From Alkalispirochaeta sp. (lineage in GTDB: Bacteria > Spirochaetota > Spirochaetia > DSM-27196 > Alkalispirochaetaceae): a stretch of 64,000 nt of DNA. The notes beneath the pieces are model-generated. The model saw only the letters and a program-made list of their open reading frames with translations, was not told the DNA's origin and did no database searches. The stretch is from positions 267,353-331,352 of the forward strand of contig CBDESZ010000016.1 in assembly GCA_965242725.1 (NCBI GenBank). The letters are read 5' to 3'. Position 1 is the stretch's first letter, and every line of letters starts with the position of its first letter. Positions 39,901 through 49,264 of the stretch are shown piece by piece. The translations under genes and the position numbers were made by a program.

Positions 39901-41595
39901 CTCCTCATCAAGGTCGCCGATCTTGGTGTTGGTGTCGGCGGTGCGCAGCGCATAGTATCCCCGGTCAGGTATGACACCGCCGGAGAGGTATAGATGCATC
40001 GCCGCACCCTTGCGGGGGGTGATCGTCCGCGTCGCCTCGTCCCAGGTGATACGGGGGTGCAGTTCCTTTATGCGGGTGTCCGCGTATTTGCCGGCCATCA
40101 TGTGTATCACCAGCATGAGTTCTTCATCGGTGAGATTCCGGTACGCCCAGGTCGCCCGCAGGAGTGCGGCGACGTGGTCGATGTGGACCGGTGAGGTGAG
40201 CGCCATGGAGAGGATGATCTGCGCCGCCACGTCGAGGGGCTTCTCCGGCGGATTGATCTCCTCCACCGCTCCCTCGGCAATCGCCCCGGCGAGGGTCAGG
40301 GCGTCGATCAGCTCCCGGGGATGGACGGGCAGGAAGGTGCCCCGCGAGGAGAGCCCCACGCCGTGCCCTGCCCGTCCGATGCGCTGGATCGCCGAGGCGA
40401 CGGAATACGGCGGCTGGACGAGGATCACTTCGTCGATGTCGCCGATGTCGATGCCAAGCTCCAGGGAACTTGTGGCGATGATCGCCCTGAGTTCGCCCGA
40501 CTTGAGCCGCTCCTCCACGACACGACGGATTTCACGGGAGAGGGAGCCGTGGTGGGCGTAGACGGGATCTCCCGGCGTCTCGTTTATGAGGCGGGTGAGC
40601 TTTTCAACCATTCGTCGGCTGTTTGCAAATATGAGGGTTGAGCGATTGCCGGCAATGCGCGCGCGTATTGCCGTGACGAGGTCGTGCCACCACTGCTCCT
40701 GGGGGTGTTCCGCTGTAGAGCACGTACCCGGTGCGGGGGGCGCCGGGGAGGCCGGTTCCGACGACCGAGAGCGGGGCCACGCGACGGAGAGGTCGTACCG
40801 TTTTTCCGATTCGACGTTTACCACCTGGACGGGTCGTGGGACGGAGGAGGGGATTGCGGGGTCGACCGCACCTGCGGCCGTGCGCTCGCCCGTGGTGATG
40901 CGGCTCGCGCCCCTGCGAAAATCCGCACCTGCACCCGCGGGAACGCGGTATGCGCCGACGATCCGGGCTACGAGATCGAGGGGACGCACCGTCGCGGAGA
41001 GGGCGATGCGCTGAAACTCTCCGTTGAGTTCAACCAGCCGTTCCACGGCGCTCATGAGAAATGTCCCCCGCTTTGCGGGCAGGACGGCGTGGATTTCGTC
41101 GAGGATGACGACGCTGAAGCCCGTCAGGCCCCGCACTCCGTTTTTGGAGGAGAGCATGAGATTGAGACTTTCCGGCGTCGTGATAAGGATTTCCGGGGGG
41201 TTGGTTATCATACGCCGCCGTTCCGACTGGTCGGTGTCGCCGCTGCGGACGCCGACGCGGATGTCGGGAAAGGCGATGCCTTCCGCGCTGAACCGTTCCC
41301 GGAGAGCTGCAAGCGGTCCGTAGAGGTTGCGCTCTATGTCGTTGTTCAGCGCCTTGAGGGGCGAAATGTAGAGGATGCGGCCGGTCGTTCCTCTTATCAA
41401 TCCGTCGATGGCGTTGAGAAAGGCGGCAAAGGTCTTTCCCGTTCCGGTGGGGGCGGTGATGAGGACGTGATCGCCCTTTTGAATGGCCCGCCACGCCTCC
41501 CGCTGCGTGGCCGTGGGCGTGCCGACCTTCTCGGTAAACCAGTGTGAAATAACGGGATGGAATCGGAACAACGGGTCGTCTGATCCGGTGGTCAT
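36970..41595 (-). CDS. lhr: Lhr-family SF2 helicase (long form)
   Basis: 'APTGTGKT', 'SPLKALNND', 'TTPESL', 'DEIH', 'LSAT', 'HHGSLS', 'QRIGRAGH', C-terminal 'AADPASLCG'. Confidence 0.93.
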   Translation of the reverse strand: MTTGSDDPLFRFHPVISHWFTEKVGTPTATQREAWRAIQKGDHVLITAPTGTGKTFAAFLNAIDGLIRGTTGRILYISPLKALNNDIERNLYGPLAALRERFSAEGIAFPDIRVGVRSGDTDQSERRRMITNPPEILITTPESLNLMLSSKNGVRGLTGFSVVILDEIHAVLPAKRGTFLMSAVERLVELNGEFQRIALSATVRPLDLVARIVGAYRVPAGAGADFRRGASRITTGERTAAGAVDPAIPSSVPRPVQVVNVESEKRYDLSVAWPRSRSSEPASPAPPAPGTCSTAEHPQEQWWHDLVTAIRARIAGNRSTLIFANSRRMVEKLTRLINETPGDPVYAHHGSLSREIRRVVEERLKSGELRAIIATSSLELGIDIGDIDEVILVQPPYSVASAIQRIGRAGHGVGLSSRGTFLPVHPRELIDALTLAGAIAEGAVEEINPPEKPLDVAAQIILSMALTSPVHIDHVAALLRATWAYRNLTDEELMLVIHMMAGKYADTRIKELHPRITWDEATRTITPRKGAAMHLYLSGGVIPDRGYYALRTADTNTKIGDLDEEFVWERSVGDTFPFGSTAWRIAAITHNDVLVVPMENREGIIPFWKAEEQNRPFPISQAIGEVLEAAERELAAGRPLTSGHFIATDRPLRSAVVTDTLDTTATTAATTAATGQTPLTPDALQALEEYLQSQRRHTGTPLPHRHHIVAERCFDPRNTTDAMQVILHTLWGGAVNKTFAMALQGAWQQEYGYSLEVYANNDAVLLNLPHDHEARELFTLLSGRDLPALLRDSIEASALFGARFRECAQRALLLPRKNFRDRMPLWLNRLRARKLLLATADRDDFPITLEAWRECMDGEFDIPSFSLILNEIVTGEIVLSTAETTSPSPFADAIVWRQTNQKMYEDDSAPGGLRTSLSDRLLEEILRSPHLRPEIPVALAAELQRKLHRTAEGYAPDSPEDLLDLVDQRIFIPQGEWEELQSAIRRDAGEGADEVIASVAARTATVERAGGAAGLAIRERLVFFAGDNVAQKPAPEDPHDHLAHLFLQWLDSYGPIPHADLHRRFPAPAAVIDRAVEEAAAEGRLIVDRLTAGAAEVEVCTRDNLERLLRMRRAASRAEVKPLSAGALQHFLAAHQGVTPPGSSMEELETRLERLFGYPARAGLWESDILPARLSPYYASWLDRAMAESDLLWYGCGTGRIAFAFDTELDLVPPDRSDGNDKTDDDDESARAVREALGSGGRQTFFDLSAATGLRSDEATRALWSLVWSGDATNDGLPALRRGIMANFTAERSDSAGGPAARRPAAGGGGRTGFSRWKSRRPLSGNWYALPRRQEPEDALEEMELNRERARLLLSRYGIVFREVLKNELTALQWRNVFRTLRLMELSGEVVTGRFVSGITGLQFADHGTVRELAAGRDEDAVYWINAADPASLCGMDIPSPDVEFPRRVPTTHMVFHGSRLVLTSRRNGRVVSIGREPAHPAMRRYLSLFSALLSRQERPFRRIRTEEINGEPVRESPYTAAFLEAGFVHDGPFLTLYRRY

Positions 41596-41642
41596 GAGAA
41601 AAGTATAGAAAATGCGACGGCGAAGGAGAATGAGTGTTCTTC

Positions 41643-41685
41643 TTGACTGATTAGTAACCATTGGTTACTATATAACCGATGGTTA
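41643..41685 (+). promoter_or_regulatory. Sigma70 promoter with two TetR-type operators
   Basis: TTGACT-17-TACTAT; perfect palindrome TAGTAACCA-T-TGGTTACTA (41652-41670) and TAACC-GAT-GGTTA (41673-41685) overlapping the ATG. Confidence 0.85.
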
Positions 41686-42359
41686 CTTATGACATAGACG
41701 AAGGAAAGAGCGATGACGGGCGGACGCGGGCCGGACGACATGGGGTTAATGCGGAGGCGACACGGTCGGCAATTCTCGCGTCGGCGGAACGTCTCTTTCG
41801 CCGCCGGGGGTACCGCGACGTCACGATGCGGCAGATTGCTGCCGATGCGGGATGTTCCCACACCGCAATCTACCGCTATTTCGCCGACAAGGATGCCCTT
41901 ATGGAGGCGATCGCCGCCCCCGTTCTGGAGGGCCTCGGCAAGGATTTCGACGATATTGCCACCCGCGACGTACCGTGGAACGAGCGGGTCGTGACGATGT
42001 GTCTGCGTTTTGTCCGCTTTGGATTGGCCAACAGGGCGCTGTTCCGCCTCTTCTTTATCGTCCATGCCGGACGGGTGGACCGGGAGCCGACGGGAGGACG
42101 CGTCAACGCACTGCGGATCGGACTTTTTCAGAAACTTCGTGTTGCCCTTGCCGAGGCACTGGATATCGACCCCGATGACGAGATGAGCCTTGAATACGCC
42201 CGGGGACTCTATTATCTCCTCCACGGCATGATCGGCACGTACGAGGAGTCGGCGGAGAGCGACGAGGCGCTCATGGCGCGGCTGGAACCCGTCTTTGCCG
42301 GGGCAATCAGCAGTCTCATTGCGGGATATCGGACACATACGACGACCATTGGAGGTTGA
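41679..42359 (+). CDS. TetR/AcrR family regulator
   Basis: 'ILASAERLFRRRGYRDVTMRQIAADAGCSHTAIYRYFADK'. Confidence 0.93.
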   Translation: MVTYDIDEGKSDDGRTRAGRHGVNAEATRSAILASAERLFRRRGYRDVTMRQIAADAGCSHTAIYRYFADKDALMEAIAAPVLEGLGKDFDDIATRDVPWNERVVTMCLRFVRFGLANRALFRLFFIVHAGRVDREPTGGRVNALRIGLFQKLRVALAEALDIDPDDEMSLEYARGLYYLLHGMIGTYEESAESDEALMARLEPVFAGAISSLIAGYRTHTTTIGG

Positions 42360-42361
42360 AC

Positions 42362-43027
42362 ATGCGATTACGACAGATTTCGGAACATATATATTCTCTG
42401 GGTACCTGGATGGTGGTGCCCATTCACGTGTGGCTTGTCCGCGACGGGGAAGGTATCACGCTGGTCGATGCCGGCATCGGCCCCATGGCGCGGGGAATAC
42501 GGCGTGCCGTCGACCGTATCGGTCACGGTGCCATTTCCCGGATTGTTCTGACCCACGGTCATCTGGACCATGTCGGTGCGATTCCCGCCGTACGTGCGCG
42601 GAAGAAGATACCGGTGTTGGTCCATGAAAAGGAAATTCCCTACATGGAGGGGGCGGAACCCTACCCGGGGCGGAAAAAGGCGCAGCAGACCGTTGCTCCC
42701 GGTGTCGTCGAGGCGCTGGAATATGACGATGACGGAGGTCTGACACCGGTCGGCAGCCTGACACCCTATTTCACACCGGGCCACAGTCCCGGCCACGTCG
42801 TGTGGTTTCATCGGGAGGACGGCGTCCTTCTGGGAGGTGACCTCTTTTCTTCGCGGAACGGTGAGCTGCGACCGCCCTTTGCGATGTTCACGTCGGATAT
42901 GGCCCAGGCGATGGAAAGTGCGCATATCCTGGAGAGACTGAAGCCGGCGCGTCTTGAAGTGTGTCACGGCGGTCCTGTGATGGATCCGGCCGATCAACTC
43001 GGGGAGTATTTACGGCATTACTCATGA
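42362..43027 (+). CDS. MBL-fold metallo-hydrolase
   Basis: 'LVDAG', 'LTHGHLDHVG', 'TPGHSPGH', 'GGD', 'CHG'. Confidence 0.92.
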   Translation: MRLRQISEHIYSLGTWMVVPIHVWLVRDGEGITLVDAGIGPMARGIRRAVDRIGHGAISRIVLTHGHLDHVGAIPAVRARKKIPVLVHEKEIPYMEGAEPYPGRKKAQQTVAPGVVEALEYDDDGGLTPVGSLTPYFTPGHSPGHVVWFHREDGVLLGGDLFSSRNGELRPPFAMFTSDMAQAMESAHILERLKPARLEVCHGGPVMDPADQLGEYLRHYS

Positions 43028-44253
43028 CGGAGGGGTCGCGAGCCGTGAGGCGTCTGTACACAATGGGAATTCTCTCGGGCATCTCCCTGCTCACTACATC
43101 ATGCTATGTCGCGGAACAGGGCTATCACCTCGTAAAGGATCTGGTCTCCGCCGAACCGATAGAGAAGCTCAGAGCGGACGGGAAGATCTCGCCCCGGGAA
43201 CGGGAGTTTTTCGACCGGGTCGAAGACGTTCGCCGCTTCGGGGTGGAATATATCGGACTTGTGGCGGGAGACAGTTACCGCCGCTACGTCTCGTATGACC
43301 GGGACTACCTGGTAGCCGTCGTCTCAGCCGTCGACGAGCTCTCCTTCACCCGGAAGGAATGGAATTATCCCGTGGTGGGACGCGCACCGTATCGCGGGTT
43401 CTACCGACCGGAGCGCGCGGAGCGTCTTGCCGCCGCGCTTCGCGCCGAGGGTTGGGATGTCGTCGTCAGGCCGGTGGACGCATTTTCCACGCTGGGATAC
43501 TTCGGGGATCTCCTCTACAGTTTTATGGTCGATAATGACGAGGCGCGCCTGGCGGAGGTAATCATTCATGAGATGGCCCACGCTACCCTGTGGGTCAAGG
43601 GCGAAGGGCAGTTCAATGAGGAGTTTGCGACCTTTGTCGGACGAAAGGGAACCCTGGACTACCTCGTCCGCCGATACGGCGCCGACTCACCGGAGGTGAA
43701 GGATGTGCTCCAGCGGCGGCACGACGGGGATCTCTTCCGGGATGACGTCCTTCGTCTCCGGGGCCGATTGGAGACGCTGTACAACTCAATGGCCGCCGAT
43801 GGGGAAGAGGTGCCGGTCGGGGCGGCTCTCGGCGATGCGGCCCGCCGCGACGCAGTTCGATCTGAAAAATCTGAAGTTATTTCCGTCTTTCAGCGGGACT
43901 TTGACCGTACCTATAACGACCGCTATCTCACCGACCGGTACCGCTTTTTTGTCGATACCCACGTCAATAATGCGTGGATCGATCTCTATCAGACCTACGG
44001 AGCGGGGCTTCCCGTGCTTGAAGAATTCTACCGTACTGCCGGTACCGAGGACCTGCGGCTGACCGTGGCATCCATCCGTTCACTTATGGAAGGCAGAAAG
44101 GCTCTCCAGAGGTCGCGCCGTCCCGCGCCGATGGAGGTCCTGCGTACCCGCATTCGTGCGGCCACCGGAGATTTGGACGGGCGCGCCGGGTCTACCGGGC
44201 GCGCCGGGGCTACCGGGCCCGCCGAGTCGGTCACACATCCAGTTCCAGACTGA
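43024..44253 (+). CDS. Putative zinc aminopeptidase lipoprotein
   Basis: Lipobox-like 'LLTTSC', 'WNYPVVGRAPYRGF', 'AFSTLGYF', 'IIHEMAH', 'FNEEFATFVG'. Confidence 0.8.
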   Translation: MTEGSRAVRRLYTMGILSGISLLTTSCYVAEQGYHLVKDLVSAEPIEKLRADGKISPREREFFDRVEDVRRFGVEYIGLVAGDSYRRYVSYDRDYLVAVVSAVDELSFTRKEWNYPVVGRAPYRGFYRPERAERLAAALRAEGWDVVVRPVDAFSTLGYFGDLLYSFMVDNDEARLAEVIIHEMAHATLWVKGEGQFNEEFATFVGRKGTLDYLVRRYGADSPEVKDVLQRRHDGDLFRDDVLRLRGRLETLYNSMAADGEEVPVGAALGDAARRDAVRSEKSEVISVFQRDFDRTYNDRYLTDRYRFFVDTHVNNAWIDLYQTYGAGLPVLEEFYRTAGTEDLRLTVASIRSLMEGRKALQRSRRPAPMEVLRTRIRAATGDLDGRAGSTGRAGATGPAESVTHPVPD

Positions 44254-45028
44254 TCGGGCAGTGGTCCGACCCCAGCTGGTCGGGATGTATCGCCGCGGCG
44301 GTAATGCCGTCCCGCAGTGACGGTGAAGCGAGAATGTAGTCGATACGCCACCCCACGTTCCGCTCCCGGGCACCCTTCTGGAAGCTCCACCACGTGTAAT
44401 AGCCGTTGCCGCGGTGATTGAGCCTGAAGGTGTCGATGAAGCCGGCATCGACGAAATTCTGAAAACCTTCCCGTTCTTCAAGGGTGTAGCCCTTCTGGCC
44501 TTCGTTCTGTTTAGGCCGGGCGAGGTCATCGGGAGTGTGGGCGACGTTGAGGTCGCCGCAGAAAACCACCGGTTTTGTCTCTTCCAGCCGTTTGCAATAG
44601 GCGAGGAAGGCGGGGTCCCAGCGGCGATGGCGCAGCTCAAGGCGGGAAAGGTCGTTCTTGGCGTTGGGGGTATATACCGTTACCAGGAAAAAGGCGTCGT
44701 ATTCCGCGGTAATGACCCGTCCCTCCGTGGTGAGATCACCGTATCCGTCGTCGCTCAGGTGATATGACGCGGCGATATCGTCGGGAAAGTCGCAGGCGAC
44801 GTTCATCGGTTCCGTGCGGGTGAATATCGCGGTTCCGCTGTATCCTTTCCGCTCCGCAGCGTTCCACAGCTGGTGATATCCCGGCAGCTCCAGTTCCACC
44901 TGGTCCCGGGACGCCTTGGTCTCCTGCATGCACAGAATGTCCGGATTGTGGCGGGTGAAAAATGAATCGAACTCGCCCTTGCGGATAATCGCCCGTATGC
45001 CGTTTACGTTCCAGGAATAGAGTCTCAT
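44231..45028 (-). CDS. xth: Exodeoxyribonuclease III / AP endonuclease
   Basis: 'SWNVNGIRA', 'CMQETK', 'KGYSG', 'CGDLNVAH', 'GWRIDY', 'GSDHCP'. Confidence 0.95.
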   Translation of the reverse strand: MRLYSWNVNGIRAIIRKGEFDSFFTRHNPDILCMQETKASRDQVELELPGYHQLWNAAERKGYSGTAIFTRTEPMNVACDFPDDIAASYHLSDDGYGDLTTEGRVITAEYDAFFLVTVYTPNAKNDLSRLELRHRRWDPAFLAYCKRLEETKPVVFCGDLNVAHTPDDLARPKQNEGQKGYTLEEREGFQNFVDAGFIDTFRLNHRGNGYYTWWSFQKGARERNVGWRIDYILASPSLRDGITAAAIHPDQLGSDHCPISLELDV

Positions 45029-45122
45029 CCCCGTACTATAGCCGGGCGGCCGCGAGGAAGAAAGGCATCGGGTGGTTCGCGGCCGCCCGGCCGCTCGGGA
45101 CGCAGCTGGACGCTCAGGTCAC

Positions 45123-47138
45123 TCAGGAAGCGGGTGCCAGTTCTTCCCGCTTGACCCGCAGCAGCCTGGCGTTGATTGCAACGATTACCGTTGAGAGAGA
45201 CATGAGTATGGCGCCGACCTCCGGAGAGAGCATGAATCCCGTGGTATAGAGGACGCCCGCCGCCAGAGGAATTGCGACGACGTTGTATGCAGTCGCCCAG
45301 ATGAGGTTCTGCACCATCTTCTGGTACGTCGCCCGACCAAAGAGGATGAGGGCGGTTATATCAAGAGGATTGGAGTTGACGAGGATGATGTCCGCCGTTG
45401 CCGCCGCGACATCGGTCCCCGATCCAACGGCGATGCCGATCTGCGCCTGTGCGAGCGCCGGCGAGTCGTTTACGCCGTCACCGGTCATCGCTACGTATTC
45501 ACCCTGTTCCTGCAGCTCCTTCACCTTGTCCTGTTTCTGGTCGGGCATGACTTCGGCAAAATAGCCGTCCATTCCCAGTTCATCGGCAACGGCCTTTGCC
45601 GTCTCTTCATTGTCACCGGTAAGCATCCAGCATTTGATGTTCCGCCGGTGGAGCTCTTCGATCGCCTTGTACGATTCCGGTCGAATCGTGTCCGAAAGTG
45701 ATATCGATCCGACCACCGTTTCGTCGGCAAGGACGAAGACGCGGGTGACCCCTCCGGCGTGATCCGCGCCGTCAGGGACGGCAATCTCATGTTCGTGGAG
45801 GTAACCGGGGCTGACGACTTTCACCGTCCGGCCATCCACCGTACCGGTCACGCCCCGTCCCTTTATCGCTTCAAAGTCCGAGGCCGAGGGGATCGATATC
45901 TCATCGGTGCGCGCCTTGCGTATGATGCTCTTCCCGATGGGGTGTTCCGATGTGCTTTCCAATGCCGCGGCGAGGGTAAGGATGTCGGCGTCGCTGTATT
46001 TTTCGCTGTGGACGTCTACGCTGTTCACTTCAAAGGTTCCCTTGGTCAGCGTGCCGGTCTTGTCGAAGAGCACGGTGGTGATCTTTCGGGCGTTTTCAAA
46101 GGCGGTGCGGTTGCGAATAAGCAGACCGTTCTGTGCCGATTTGGCCGTCGACTGGGCGACGACGAGGGGTATCGCCAGCCCGAGGGCGTGGGGACAGGTG
46201 ATAATCATCACCGTGGCCATACGGGCGATTGAGAACTGAAGTCCCTGACCGAGAATCAGCCACGTTGTCAGGGTGGCGATACCGACGGTGAGGGCAACGA
46301 TGGTGAGCCAGAAGGCCGCCCTGTCCGACAGCGCCTGGGTGCGTGATTTCGCCGCCTGCGCTTCGCGTACCATGGTGATGACTTTGGAGAGGTACGAATC
46401 TTCGCCCGCTCCTTCCACCTGGAGCTCCAGTGAACCGTCGCCGTTGATCGATCCGCCGATGAGCCGGTCCCCTTTTTCCCGCCGTACCGGGCGGGACTCA
46501 CCGGTGAGCATCGATTCGTCAATATAACTGGAGCCGGAGACGACCTCGCCGTCGGAGGGTATTTTTTCTCCCGGCTTAATGACCAGAATGTCGCCGTTTT
46601 TGATTTCCGAGAGGGGAACGTCCTCACTCCCGTTGTCGGTCTTGCGGTGCGCCTCGCTGGGCATGAGCTGGGCCAGCTCCTCAAGGGCGGAAGATGCGCT
46701 CAATACCGACGCCATCTCTATCCAGTGGCCGGCGAGCATAATGGCGATAAGCGTCGCCAGCTCCCAGTAAAAGGGCGCGCCCTCCAGGCCGAATGTGACG
46801 GCGGCGCTGTAGACGTAGGCGACGGTGATGGCAAGGCCGATGAGTGTCATCATCCCGGGGTTTTTTGCTTTCAGTTCATCCACAAGCCCCGTCAGGAAGG
46901 GTTTGCCCCCATAGAAAAAGATCGCCGTCGCGAGGGCAAAGACGATGTAGTCGCCGCCGGGAAGGGAAAATGAAAAACCGAAAAAACTTTGAATGAGGTC
47001 GGAAAGTGCGAGTACCGGAATGGTCAGGACCAAGGTGACGTAAAAACGGGTCCTGAAGTCCCGTATCATCATACGGTGGTGGTCATTATGGTCGTGGTGC
47101 CCCGAATCGTGATTGTGTTTTTCCTGTTTCTGGTCCAT
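45123..47138 (-). CDS. copB: Copper-translocating P1B-3 ATPase
   Basis: His-rich N-terminus, 'CPHALG', 'DKTGTLT', 'SEHP', 'GDGVND', 'YN' and 'MSLST'. Confidence 0.92.
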   Translation of the reverse strand: MDQKQEKHNHDSGHHDHNDHHRMMIRDFRTRFYVTLVLTIPVLALSDLIQSFFGFSFSLPGGDYIVFALATAIFFYGGKPFLTGLVDELKAKNPGMMTLIGLAITVAYVYSAAVTFGLEGAPFYWELATLIAIMLAGHWIEMASVLSASSALEELAQLMPSEAHRKTDNGSEDVPLSEIKNGDILVIKPGEKIPSDGEVVSGSSYIDESMLTGESRPVRREKGDRLIGGSINGDGSLELQVEGAGEDSYLSKVITMVREAQAAKSRTQALSDRAAFWLTIVALTVGIATLTTWLILGQGLQFSIARMATVMIITCPHALGLAIPLVVAQSTAKSAQNGLLIRNRTAFENARKITTVLFDKTGTLTKGTFEVNSVDVHSEKYSDADILTLAAALESTSEHPIGKSIIRKARTDEISIPSASDFEAIKGRGVTGTVDGRTVKVVSPGYLHEHEIAVPDGADHAGGVTRVFVLADETVVGSISLSDTIRPESYKAIEELHRRNIKCWMLTGDNEETAKAVADELGMDGYFAEVMPDQKQDKVKELQEQGEYVAMTGDGVNDSPALAQAQIGIAVGSGTDVAAATADIILVNSNPLDITALILFGRATYQKMVQNLIWATAYNVVAIPLAAGVLYTTGFMLSPEVGAILMSLSTVIVAINARLLRVKREELAPAS

Positions 47139-47182
47139 GACAAGAAGGTAATAAGGATTTTTGCCAACGTCCCGGTCGGTTT

Positions 47183-47199
47183 ATTACGGTTGTGTTACG
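47183..47199 (-). promoter_or_regulatory. Direct repeat CGTAAC-N5-CGTAAT upstream of copB
   Basis: 11-bp period in the copB/response-regulator intergenic region. Confidence 0.65.
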
Positions 47200-47248
47200 T
47201 CCGTTGATTTCCCGATTGGCTCGGCGTAGGATGGTCGGGGAGGTTCAG

Positions 47249-47965
47249 GTGTCCGAAAAAAAATACCGGGTTCTCTTGGTCGACGACGAGCCGGGAATCG
47301 TGAAAACCCTCCGGGCGTATCTCGAGGCCGACGGGTATGACGTCCATGCCGTCGGGGACGGCGATGCCGTCCTGTCCGCGACGCGGTCATTTTTGCCGGA
47401 TGTGATCATTCTGGACGTGATGCTTCCGGGGATTGACGGTATCGAGGTGCTGCGCAAAATCAGACAGGAGTCCTCGGTCTATGTCCTCATGCTCAGCGCC
47501 AGGAGTGATGAGGCGGATCGCCTTGTCGGCCTGCGGATGGGCGCAGACGACTATGTCGTCAAGCCCTTCAGTCCCCGTGAAGTCGTGGCACGGGTGGCGA
47601 CCCTGTTGCGGCGGCGACGCCTCGACGAGGAAACCGGGCAGACCGGCGACTACGAGGGGACACTTCAGTTTTCCCGGCTCGTCATCGATCCCGGAAGCCG
47701 GCGGGTGTGGAAGGATGGAACTGTCATCGACCTGACGCCCACGGAATTTGACCTTCTTCATCTGCTGGCATCCCATCGCGGGCGCGTGCTGAGTCGGGAT
47801 CAGCTGATCGACCGTGCCTGGGGAAACGATTATTTCATCGACGAACGGGTGGTGGATGTCCATATCAGACGTCTCAGACAGAAAATCGAAGACGGAGACG
47901 GCAGATCGAACCCAATCGTCACCGTTCGCGGAGTGGGGTACCGCTTTGACGAGGACCAGGCATGA
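47249..47965 (+). CDS. OmpR-family response regulator
   Basis: 'VLLVDDE', 'ILDVMLPG', 'GADDYVVKPF', 'LTPTEF', 'VDVHIRRLR', 'TVRGVGY'. Confidence 0.95.
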   Translation: MSEKKYRVLLVDDEPGIVKTLRAYLEADGYDVHAVGDGDAVLSATRSFLPDVIILDVMLPGIDGIEVLRKIRQESSVYVLMLSARSDEADRLVGLRMGADDYVVKPFSPREVVARVATLLRRRRLDEETGQTGDYEGTLQFSRLVIDPGSRRVWKDGTVIDLTPTEFDLLHLLASHRGRVLSRDQLIDRAWGNDYFIDERVVDVHIRRLRQKIEDGDGRSNPIVTVRGVGYRFDEDQA

Positions 47966-49095
47966 CCGGCCGGTCCGGAGAGAGGCGGTTTCGTTTTACC
48001 CTGACGTGGAAACTCTTCCTTTCCCATTTGATCGTCGTCATCGCCGCGGGGGTGGTCCTCGTCGCGGTGGCGTATTTACGAATACCGACGGCGCTGCAGT
48101 CTCACGTCGCGAGGATGCAGTCCGTCGTCGGGGGAGATCAGGGGCTGGCCGACGATTTGCGGCACAGTTTCATCGCGGCGCAGGGGCAGATCCTCGCAGT
48201 GGCCGGAATCGCGGCCATCATGGCCACCATTCTGGTGAGCACCTTTGTGGCGTGGCGGGTGGTCGGTCCCCTGCGAAAACTCACCGCTGCAACCAGGCGG
48301 ATCGCCGCCGGGGACTATCGTGAGCGGGTATCGGTCAGCTGGAACGATGAACTGGCGGAGTTGGCGCAGTCCTTCAACAGGATGGCTTCCGCCCTCGACG
48401 AGACGGAGCAACGCCGCATGGAGTTGATCGGTAACCTTGCCCATGAATTGAAGACCCCCCTGACGACCATTCGGAGCGTCATGGAAGGCCTCGTCGACGG
48501 CGTTCTTCCCGCCGATACGGAGACCTTTCTGGATGTGCAGCGGGAGACGCTGCGAATGCAGCGGCTGACGGAAGAGCTCAGAGACCTGTCCGCCGCAGAA
48601 GCGGGGGAACTCTCGCTTCGCCTGGCCGCTTCCGATCCGGGAGAACTCGTTCGTCACGCCGCCGGCCGGCTGGAACCGCAGTTCCGGGACAAAGCGGTGC
48701 AATTGCAGGTGCATATCGATGAGACGCTGCCGAAGGTGTATGTCGACGATGAACGGATGCTGCAGGTGTTGATCAACCTTCTGGGAAATGCGCTGCAGTA
48801 TACGCCGTCCGGCGGCTCCGTTACGGCAGCGTGCAGTTCCGCCGATGCGGAGAACGTTGAGTTCTCCGTCTCCGACACGGGGATCGGCCTGGCGACGGAA
48901 GAACTACCCCGTATCTTTGAACGCTTTTACCGTGTTGAAAAATCCCGTGCCCGGACCCGGGGCGGGAGCGGTATCGGATTGACCATTGCCGCCCATATCG
49001 TGCGTGCCCACGGAGGCGTCATCCGCGCCGCGAGCGACGGTCCGGGCACGGGCAGCCGCTTTTCTTTCGTTCTTCCCTCCGTAACGGATTCGTAA
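47962..49095 (+). CDS. HAMP-domain sensor histidine kinase
   Basis: Two TM segments with short His/Met-containing loop, 'AHELKTPL', 'NLLGNALQY', 'DTGIG', 'GGSGIGL'. Confidence 0.95.
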   Translation: MTGRSGERRFRFTLTWKLFLSHLIVVIAAGVVLVAVAYLRIPTALQSHVARMQSVVGGDQGLADDLRHSFIAAQGQILAVAGIAAIMATILVSTFVAWRVVGPLRKLTAATRRIAAGDYRERVSVSWNDELAELAQSFNRMASALDETEQRRMELIGNLAHELKTPLTTIRSVMEGLVDGVLPADTETFLDVQRETLRMQRLTEELRDLSAAEAGELSLRLAASDPGELVRHAAGRLEPQFRDKAVQLQVHIDETLPKVYVDDERMLQVLINLLGNALQYTPSGGSVTAACSSADAENVEFSVSDTGIGLATEELPRIFERFYRVEKSRARTRGGSGIGLTIAAHIVRAHGGVIRAASDGPGTGSRFSFVLPSVTDS

Positions 49096-49134
49096 TATTC
49101 CCGTCACGATTCCGACATTTTCATAGGATATGCT
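49080..49134 (+). promoter_or_regulatory. Four 11-bp-period repeats plus -10 element
   Basis: CGTAAC(49080)/CGTAAT(49091)/CGTCAC(49102)/CGACAT(49113); TATGCT at 49129-49134. Confidence 0.75.
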
Positions 49135-49264
49135 CCTCCCAAGGAACAGAGAATGCTTTGGATTGGATTGTGTCTACTTGTAATCACCGCGGCAATCGGA
49201 GCAATTGCGTTGCTCTTTCCGGCATATCCGTCGGATAGAGCGGAAAAAAGAGGGAGGAAAGACT

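Noticed and set aside
38191..39993. 600-aa plus-strand ORF and many similar antisense ORFs
   Set aside because: Shadow ORFs opposite well-supported genes in high-GC DNA; no recognisable motifs
44176..44226. 18-bp imperfect tandem repeat at the aminopeptidase 3' end
   Set aside because: Encodes a low-complexity tail (TGRAG); no sign of a separate function
49080..49118. Periodic repeats as a CRISPR or iteron array
   Set aside because: 6-bp units with 5-bp spacers fit regulator binding sites; no cas or rep genes
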